Shown here piece by piece: positions 55,690 through 64,000 of a stretch of 64,000 nucleotides of DNA. The notes beneath the pieces were generated by a model, which worked only from the letters and a program-made list of their open reading frames with translations, had not been told where the DNA came from and did no database searches. This DNA is from Eremomyces bilateralis CBS 781.70 (taxonomy: Eukaryota): the NCBI GenBank assembly GCA_010015585.1, contig ML975154.1. One strand, 5' to 3'. Numbering within the stretch: position 1 is the first letter of the stretch; each line of letters starts with the position of its first letter. A program made the translations under genes and the position numbers.

Positions 55690-56515
55690 ATTGTAAGACT
55701 TTATGACTAGCCTAGGATGGGATGATTGGGGTTTGGTCACACTAATGCATATATTATACATGGTGTGCATACATTTTTGAACCCACTGGGCTGTTTCCAG
55801 GCCTACTTGAGCTCTAGATGGCGGCGTCGTTCATGATGAGATGTATATAGATCACGCCGCAATGCCGTAGCCATGTAATATGGGATAGCCAGAAGGCAAT
55901 CCCGAAGTTGTACATATGGAGATATGCCTTACGATACCATCCATTGCCTCCCTCCGATGAACGAGGTCAAGTCGAGCAACAGATTGAATCGGTGCTAACC
56001 ACTTTAGGAACTCCCAATCGGCCCCACAGTCGCCCTGATTGGAGCAATCTACAACCACCATCGCCATCAATATATCTCCTGCAGTCACAATATGTACACC
56101 ACTCTGCACCCGCGAACCTAGGGATATAAACCTTATCTGCCTGGACAACTCCTTGTCCTGACAAATACCCGCCGCTCAATTCGCTGCATCGGACATCTTT
56201 CTCCGAACGATCGTTTCACGTCATCGAGCCAAGCCCGTTGATTCGCCTGCCCTCACGATAAAACACGCAAGTATACAACCTTCAAATGAATATGACGACG
56301 GCCATATCGCCTTGCTGCAGCACTACTATGTCGTTCGCCATTATGCAAGCAGCGTCCGTGCCACCCGTTCCTGAAAACGATAATTAATCCAAATCTCGGT
56401 GAAATTGCAATGTCGTCCATCACAAAAGAGCGACGTCCACCGTCCTTTCGCTTCGTGCTGTGTGTGCTGTTCGCTCGTCTTGACACAAGTTGTATGTCGC
56501 TGTTGATCTCCGAGA

Positions 56516-57669
56516 ATGGGCCTCTTCAACTCACTCAGCCAGGCAGTCTGCCTCCTGTCCTTTGGTACGGCCGTCTTCTCGTGATCCACTCGTCCGACGC
56601 TAATCGCATCGCAGCCACATCGCTCGCGGGCGCGCAAAAGGCGGAGGGAAGCGCGTTCACCGACGCGACGTCGCAAATTTCGTTCTGGTACACCATCCGG
56701 TCTCGTTAGGGGAGGAAAATTGCTGACGAGCGGGTAGGAACACGAAGGTGGCGAGCACGGGGGGTTATGAGTTTGGCATCGCGCTGCCACCGGACGGGAG
56801 CGCGAAGAATGATGAGTATATCGGCCGACTGGTACGTCTTGAAGTTCGCTGTGTCTTGCGGAGATGCATCCGAATTTCCGATCGCATGGGAGTAGCGCTG
56901 ACAGAGTTTTCGGTAGGTCGGTGTGATAGGGGCGAAGGGCGGCTGGTCTGGGATCAGTCATAAGGGGCCGATGACAAACAGCCTGCTCCTTCTGGCGTGG
57001 GCGGACGGAGATAAAGTGACGACGAGTTTCCGATGGGCGACGTGAGTTTCCTGTTTCGTTGATCGGGCGGCTGGGCAGAGTATGGTTTGTTCTGGACGAT
57101 GAACGGAGTGCTGACATGAGGGGTTGGATAGGGAGTATTCTCTGCCGGATCCGTATGGTGGAAACGCAACGTTGACAGAAATTTCACATAAAGTGAACGC
57201 CACTCACTTTGAGTTGGTCTACCAATGTCAAGGGTAAGTTCCGGTGCTCGTTTCCTAGCCTTTCCCCGCCTCTTTCCATTTTCTGCGCAAAGGTCACTGG
57301 ATCATCACAGCTCACTGACACTCCTAATATAGATGTTGGAACTGGGAACAAGATGCAGAGACGACAGCATCCCAGGATCCTGCCACGGTCGATAGCCTCG
57401 CTCTTGGATACGCGCAAGGCAAGCAAAGCCCCGCACCGGTCACGGACGTGAACGGCCGGATTAGCTTCCATGACAATGGCTTTGGGATATACACGGTGGA
57501 CGTGGCGAATGCTAGGCAGGAGGGATATGAGGGATTCCTAGGCGGCTCAAGCAGCTCACCCAACTCACCCAGTTCAGGCAGTTCAAACAGTTCAAGCAGC
57601 TCGGGCAGCTCGGGCAGCTCGGGCAGCTCGGGCAGCTCGGGTAGCTCACAACCTCAACTAGTGTGCTAG
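56516..57669 (+). CDS. Secreted stand-alone cellobiose-dehydrogenase-type cytochrome b domain (AA8), 6 exons
   Basis: Five canonical introns give MGLFNSLSQAVCLLSFATSLAGAQ..YEFGIALP..EYIGRL..GWSGISHKGPMTNSLLLLAW..SFRWAT..VNATHFELVYQCQGCWNW..LGYAQ..FHDNGFG, then a Ser/Gly tail and TAG. The Met and His heme-ligand motifs are present. Confidence 0.92.
57601..57645 (+). repeat. 9-bp coding tandem repeat (TCGGGCAGC)x5 encoding (SGS)5
   Basis: Four exact copies plus one TCGGGTAGC. Confidence 0.95.
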
Positions 57670-57959
57670 ACTGAGATGAACGAGGATGACTCAGAGATTT
57701 TTGGACTTAGGTATAGAGAAGAATGTAGAGCAAACAATACATAAGTCGGAAGGAGTCGAGCAGTGAACACTACCATTTGTCGCAGTGTGATCAAGGAGAA
57801 GTGAGCCATGGTTAGGATTTGAACGTTAGGACGCCCACATGACGCCGATGATGCATATTTCGTAGCCTCTGCCACCGTGTTGAGTATTTACAACCCCAAC
57901 TAGTGACGACGAGAGCGCTCTGAATGCGGAGCTCCCAGCCCATAGCCTCACCCCCTACC

Positions 57960-58536
57960 CTACCGAAACCCTGTTAACCGATTCCCCTTCTTGGCGTGAA
58001 ATACCTCGCTCGCCTCAAACTTGCTCTTCTCATTCACCCGCTCGTCATCAGTGGTCGGCGCATGCCTCGTCGGCGCCGGGTCCCGCATCGCTTCGTAGCT
58101 CGGATCCATAGGCTCGGTAAACGTGTCTTTCTTCGCGGCGTTGGCGGTGCTATTCGCGGACAACCTCATCTGCCGTTCTTCCTCCCGGAGGGCCGCTTGT
58201 CGCTCGTGGAATTTGCGCTCGCGATCGGAAGTCTGGCGCGCTTCGCGCTCTTCGTTGATGCTGCGTTTCGCGAAGTAGTAGGACCCGGCGCCGGCTGGGG
58301 GGGGGGGAGGGTTAGCGGAGGGAAGTAATGGGGAGAGCGATGCGCTGGGAGATGAAGGGAGATGTGGGAGGCATACCGGCGACGAGGAAGGCCCAGCCGT
58401 AGCTATCCAGCGATGGGAGTTAGTGCGCTATTCTCACAGCATCGAAAGGCAGGGGGTATGTACCCAACGGATCTGATCTACGATTTGTTTAGCTATGCAT
58501 TGTATAACCTGCAGGAAGGCTACCTACAGTATTCAT
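57960..58536 (-). CDS. Small conserved fungal membrane protein (DUF4748-like), 4 exons
   Basis: Spliced product MNTIRSVGYGWAFLVAAGAGSYYFAKRSINEERE...DPAPTRHAP..EKSKFEASEVFHAKKGNRL. Confidence 0.82.
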
Positions 58537-59095
58537 TGTAAATGCGGGTCAGTTAGACAATGGATGGGTCGGTATGATACGGGCGAGGAAGAGTGGAGTG
58601 AGTCTAGTACTTATTCTGGCAGCATTCGGAGGCAAACTAAAGGTGAAAGGTGAAAGGTGAAAGAGATGGATCTGTGAGAGAGAAATGAAGAGGAAGAGAG
58701 TGATGAAGGTGACGTTAAAACTCATGTGAAAGCAAGGAAAGAGCGATCGTGATGCACCAGTGAACGGAGGAAGGTGCACATCCAGATGGTACGACATCGC
58801 AAACTTTTTGTGGGGCCAGGCGATCACCTCCGACGTTCCCCGCAAACGCAACTCACCATCATCATCACCATTAACATCTGATACTACACAGTACACGCTA
58901 CCCTCAGCTGTAATATGTATTTGATGAAGAAATGAAAGGTTGGAGATACGGACAGGATTCTCCGGTTCTCCAAGTTTACGTCTCCGGAGTTGGTCTCTTT
59001 AAAGGACGATAGAGTATACGTCAAGTCGACTGGACGATAGCTTCACGAGAGTCTACATTGGAGTTTCAAGCCATTGAATGCTCAAGAGCCACAAT

Positions 59096-59677
59096 ATGGC
59101 ACAAAATCGTACGTTCCATCCTCAATCTCTCCATCTATTCGAACGTGTTTAACACGAACTCCCAGGCCACCATACCCTTCTCCAACAACTCCCACTCACC
59201 GTCTCCCCCTTCCTAAACCTCCCCACCGCCACCACTCTCTCATACACCTACAAAACCCTCCCGTCCACCCTCCCCCCCTCCATTCTTGACTCCCCCTCCG
59301 CCTCCCCAACCGACCAACCCCAACCCCAGCCCAAATACGTCATCTCCCACGCCACCGGCCACGCCGCCCACCCCAGCTCGATCCTTGCGTCCTGCGAAGC
59401 GCTCGTCTCGCACCTGGATGCGCAGAGACGGGAGGCGGAGGAGGCGGTGAGGGGGTGGGAGCAAGGGATTCGGGAGCGGGAGCTAGCGGAGAAGAGGAGG
59501 GTTGCGCCGGGGTGGTTGGATGCGGAGGAGAGGCTGCTGGTGCCGGAGAGGTCGGGGGCGGGGGAGCAGGAGGGTGGAGGGGCTGTGCATGGGGTGGAAG
59601 TGGTGGATCGGAGGGAGGGAGAGGGGAGGGAGGGGGAGGAGTTAGATCGGGCGTTTGGGGGGATGAAGGTTGGGTGA
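59096..59677 (+). CDS. Conserved hypothetical fungal protein, 2 exons
   Basis: ATG at 59096 and intron ~59109-59165 give MAQNRHHTLLQQLPLTVSPFLNLPTATTLSYTYKTLPSTLPP...ERELAEKRRVAPGWLD...GEELDRAFGGM. Confidence 0.8.
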
Positions 59678-60143
59678 AGGTGGTGAGGGGAGTGCATGCT
59701 GTTTGATGTGAAGATTTGCGGTATGAGCTAAGAAGGGAGGATGTGAGGCTGTCTTGATGCGATGACGGAGCCAAGGTCTGAGCAGCACTTCACGGGAAAC
59801 CTTCGTATTCCACATAGAGCTAGATGCTACGTTGGATTAGCGGTTAGCGGTGGTGGAACATATGGTATGGACGCTACCTCTACAAGGCGCGATGCAGCTG
59901 TTGCCTAATCGCTGGGAGTAGAACACCTCTTTATCAGGACAAAGCAGTTCCTCCTAATTGGCGTTCTCAAGTCTTGTTAAGTGCAAACAAGCACTGTGTT
60001 AACTACTACAGATACCGTTTTACATAACACCAGACCGACCAGCCCATCCAAGTACGGAGTAACCCCCCTTTCATAAACACATGAACACAAAGCAACCAGT
60101 GAATTCCAATCACATGCCCCTCCTGCCCCAATTAAATGCGCTA

Positions 60144-60211
60144 CAGTCAACCACCGCTATAACGATTGGATTCGCCTGTACGGATTCAATCGTTATAGCG
60201 AAGGTTGACTG
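60144..60211. mobile_element. 68-bp palindromic MITE-like element (Tc1/mariner-pogo type ends)
   Basis: 31-bp inverted arms around a 6-nt spacer, ends CAGT...ACTG, TA on both flanks. Confidence 0.75.
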
Positions 60212-60640
60212 TACATAATTCAACCTGATCAATTTAACTCCCCGTGGAAATGGTCACGCTGGTTTCACAACCGACACCGATCAAGTACGGCTGAAAAACC
60301 AAGACTAGCCTGACAAGTTGGACCATCGCGCCTTTAAACCGGTGTTTAGATGGAAAAACCACGGAGCCTCCGAGATAGTGGCGGTTCTATCTCCTCCCTG
60401 GGGTGGGGGGGGTTTATGGTTTTGCTCTCTGGAGGGGCGTTCGGGGAAGGCTTTCAGGGGGAAAGGGGTTGGGGATTGGGTCACAGGTTCGAGTCGCACT
60501 GGGGGCATTTCTCTTTGGAGTGGGAAATGAATATCTTCGTTAGGGGTTTGAGATCAATGGCATGGTGTTAAGTATGCACCGTGTGTATATATTTGAAGGA
60601 ACGCCCAAGATTCTAAGGTGAGGCAATCTCCGTATCAGCC

Positions 60641-62775
60641 TCACTGCCTGCTCGCCGGTCTGCTTCTCCTGTTATTTTCCTTCATCGTCGCCTTACACTC
60701 ATCGCAATACCACTCTGAAAGTCAAGTCAGCACCAGAATAGTCGAACATACCCATAGGTAACGAGAAATAGAGAAAAACACTTACTAGTCGACTCCGTCG
60801 GCGCCTCCTTCAACCCCGCACACTTCAAATGGAACCACTCCCGCTTACAACTCTCGTTATCACACGCCACCATTTCCCCATAGCTGACCTGGTTACAATA
60901 GCAATATCTCGGCTCGTCGCCATCCTCATCCTCTTCCTCTTCCACCTCTTCATGCGAATCCACCACCGCGGCTTCTGCCACCGGCGTTTCTTTCTCCGGC
61001 TCGCGTTCGTCCACCTCCATCCCGTCAGTGTCCCGTCGCTTCCGCGCATTTCGTCGCCGCGCGGTGGCAGCGAGCGGCATGTTAGACTCGGAGGACGCGT
61101 GGCTGCTGTTCGTGCTGCTGTTGTTCTTGTTGTTCGCGCGACCGGATGCACCTGCTCCGGTGGCGGGTGCGGCGCCACTGACGTCGGCAGGGAACGTCGA
61201 GGTCACGGGTGTAGAGGTTTTGGATGCACGAGTGCGCGTCGCGGTGGCGACGGCGGGGACGGAGGTGGGAGGTTCGGTTTCGGTCATTGGGACGTCGGCG
61301 GGGACGTCGGGTTCTTGCTCTTCGCGCTTGAAGGATTCGGGGGCGGTGGACGGAGCGTTGGCGTTGGGTATGGGGATGTGGGCGGCGGTGACGATGGGTG
61401 GAGACACGGTGTGAGAGGCGCCGTCGGGTTTGACGGGTTGGCTTGTGGGAGCGGTCAACGGGAGATTGGAGGCGGACGACGCAGGCCGATTGCGAGCCGC
61501 GTTATCGAGGGCGACCTGCGCCGATGTTTGCGAGTTCTGCCGTCCCCTTCCCACCGGACGACTCGATGTTGGCGCATCCTTGACTGCGAACGTTCCTTGG
61601 AGAGGGGACGACGCAGTTCGGGGGGATGCGGCCGTGCCAGCCGCCGCTCGTTTGCGAAGCGGTCCGGGTGCTTGCTTCGGCTTCTTCTTCGGCGGTTCCA
61701 CCGCTGCAGGCTCACGAGGTGACATTGCACCTCCTCGAGGCCCCCCTTGCCCGCTGGTCGATCGCTCCATTGCGGAGGCCATGGCGGCACCTTTCTCGGT
61801 TTTGCGTCGCTTGGCGGGCTGACTGGCCGCCGCACCTGTGATGCCCAACCCCACGACTTTATCGCCTGCATCTGCCGTTTTGCGGACGCGGCTATTCGTG
61901 GTCGCTTTTTTATGGAGGTATCGGTCATCGAAGTCGGAGTCTTGCTGCTGCTGCCCTCGGCCTTTCTTCGCGAGCAGGGTTCCTCGCCGCGCTTCGCTTC
62001 TCGACGCAGCCGCATCATCGTGGTATACGGCATAATTTGTGTTGCTAGCCCCCTCACGCCTTGGGCGTTCGTTCGCAACCGGCTTCTTGGCCTCTTTATT
62101 CTGCAATGCCCAGTGTGTGAGGCTTCCTAATCGCGCCTCTTCGCTGATCTCGTTCTCGATGTAGGGAAATGAGCTGTCGATCCGCTCGAGTTGCCTGGAG
62201 AGCGTAACATTTGCCGCGCCGAGTACCGCGATCTTTTCATCCAAGATCGGAGCCATGTGATTGATCGCAAAGCACATCCGATGCATCAACTGTGTCCGGT
62301 TCATGTCTGTTCCAGGGTCCAAGGCCGGTTGTGGTTTGGCCGAGTTGAACAGCGTTTTCGCGATCGCTTGAGTATGCATCGGCGTCCCCGCAACGTCGAC
62401 AGATCCATTGACGCTTGCATTTGCGCTCGGATTCACGCTTCCGTTGCTCGCACTGCCAGCCGCCGGCTGCGAGTATCGCGACATCGGAGCTGGGAGCTTC
62501 GTGATAGCCTCAGCAATCAGCTTCAGTTCATGATCCGGGCCGTATGATTTCGACTCGACTTCTTTCAGCATGGAGAAATGTTTCATGACTTCTTCGGGTA
62601 GCATGGCCACCGAGTTGGTGAAGTGGGTGATGGCTGGGAAGAAGCCAGGAGGATTATCCGGTCGCGGAGGCGGCTCGGCGGCCGCAGCTTGTCGTCCATA
62701 GTAATTCGCAGGCTTTGCAGCTGATGATCGAGCTACTCGAGTAGACAGGCGTCGATTGGGAGGAGCGGTAGCCAT
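60641..62775 (-). CDS. ING-family PHD finger protein (Pho23-like), 2 exons
   Basis: ING N-terminal region ([41 protein letters not shown]) and PHD finger [35 protein letters not shown]..|WYCDEC. Confidence 0.93.
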
Positions 62776-63333
62776 ATCGTCGTTCGGATGGCTCGTAACA
62801 GGTCGGAGGGTGGTGGGAAAGGAGGGCAGGCTCGTACGAGGGGAGGAGGTATCAAGGAAAAGAGTATTTCAGCCTTATCTACTTCACCCGCATACCTCTC
62901 AGTGGGGATTTGAAGCGGAATAGTCCAAAGACGATGGTAGGAGGGGACGGTGAAATTGAGGCTGTTGCGCATTGTTTCGCACAGCGGAGCCGATTCAAGT
63001 TCGAATGACGGAGATCGGTGGACGGGTGATCCTCGGATCATTGGACATGCAACAGGGAAGGCGCGAACCGGACGGAGGTAGGGACGCGCGCTGCGCCACA
63101 CACGCGCCACACACTACATTAGCCACGAGCCACACTTTCCCTCTCTGGACCCACAAAAACTTTCACGGTCCTCCTCCGCATCTCTCACTTGACCGCAACA
63201 CCACTTCCGCGTCTATCAAACGACGCGCTTCAAGCTCCACCACGTTTCATACTTTATTGGCTATTGCTGGTTACAATCCGCAGAATTAGTAGCTCTATGG
63301 CCTAACACATTATTGCTATCTGCTTCGAGGAAG

Positions 63334-64000
63334 ATGCGGTTACGACTCAGGATCAGCAGGCACAAACTGCCGCCTGCGAATGTGATCTGGACCGTCGCAG
63401 AGGCAGCTAATGGAGTGCCATGTAGTGTTGTGGGCTTCTTAGAACGGGTCAACGAAATCATTCCTCTGGTGTCTAGCAGTTGGGGACTGGAGGATTATGT
63501 TGTGGAGCTGGACGGCTTTGAGTGTTTACATTTCAGGGCCGTGACGGAGGTCTTCAAAGACGAAGACACGGTAATGTAAGTTCTGCTCAACATGCGTGTG
63601 AATCGCTTATTATGGGAAGATCTAACTTGTTATATAGTATCCGACCTTTAGAGACCTCAGAGTACCGAGCCAGACAATTTTCTGGTCGTCATCAGATCTC
63701 TGTCGCTGGCGCCCATCTGGTTGATGGTATTCCTTTCGGGCGACGGTACATTCGACAACCAAGGCGTCCTGCCCTCCACATTCCTTCGAGAAAGCACCGG
63801 CATCTTACGCCTACTGAAAGCGAAGAACTGACGATATCCGATGACGAACACGATGTGGCCGTTAGAGGAATGATTGAAGAGGGTACTGTTGATGAGACCG
63901 TGGAAAGCCATGAGGCTGCATCAACACTAGGAAAACGAAAGCGGCCGGATAGCCTCAAGTCTGTCCGATTCGATACAGCTACTGCTCTATTCGGAAGCGA
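63334..64000 (+). CDS. Conserved filamentous-fungal hypothetical protein, 5' part (runs off window)
   Basis: MRLRLRISRHKLPPANVIW..ERVNEIIPL..WGLEDYVVELDGFECLHF, intron ~63576-63637, then IRPL..SGRHQIS..HLVDGIPFGR. The frame is open to the window end. Confidence 0.8.

Overview
Eukaryotic, intron-containing DNA from a filamentous ascomycete (Pezizomycotina-type GT..CTRAC..AG introns), with two N gaps. Positions ~3-38.3 kb and ~58-64 kb hold mostly conserved genes: hapB, GH38 alpha-mannosidase, methylmalonate-semialdehyde dehydrogenase, calnexin, NAT10/Kre33, a SET-domain protein, a Uds1-like protein, RanBP9/10-like, Ies4, an ING/PHD protein and several hypothetical genes. Positions ~38.9-57.7 kb form an accessory-looking block with decayed ORFs, an internally deleted Fot1/pogo transposon, a secreted GMC oxidoreductase, a PTH11-like membrane protein and a stand-alone CDH-type cytochrome (AA8). 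The most notable observations are a ~2.3 kb almost AUG-free leader before hapB, the GMC/PTH11/AA8 trio, recurring C/A-rich to G/T-rich skew switches, a 68-bp palindromic MITE, a SET protein with Tyr-to-Phe at the expected catalytic position, and a one-base frameshift in a large uncharacterised gene. I cannot establish a new biological system from sequence alone. Exon coordinates were read by eye and family calls come from motif recognition, not searches.
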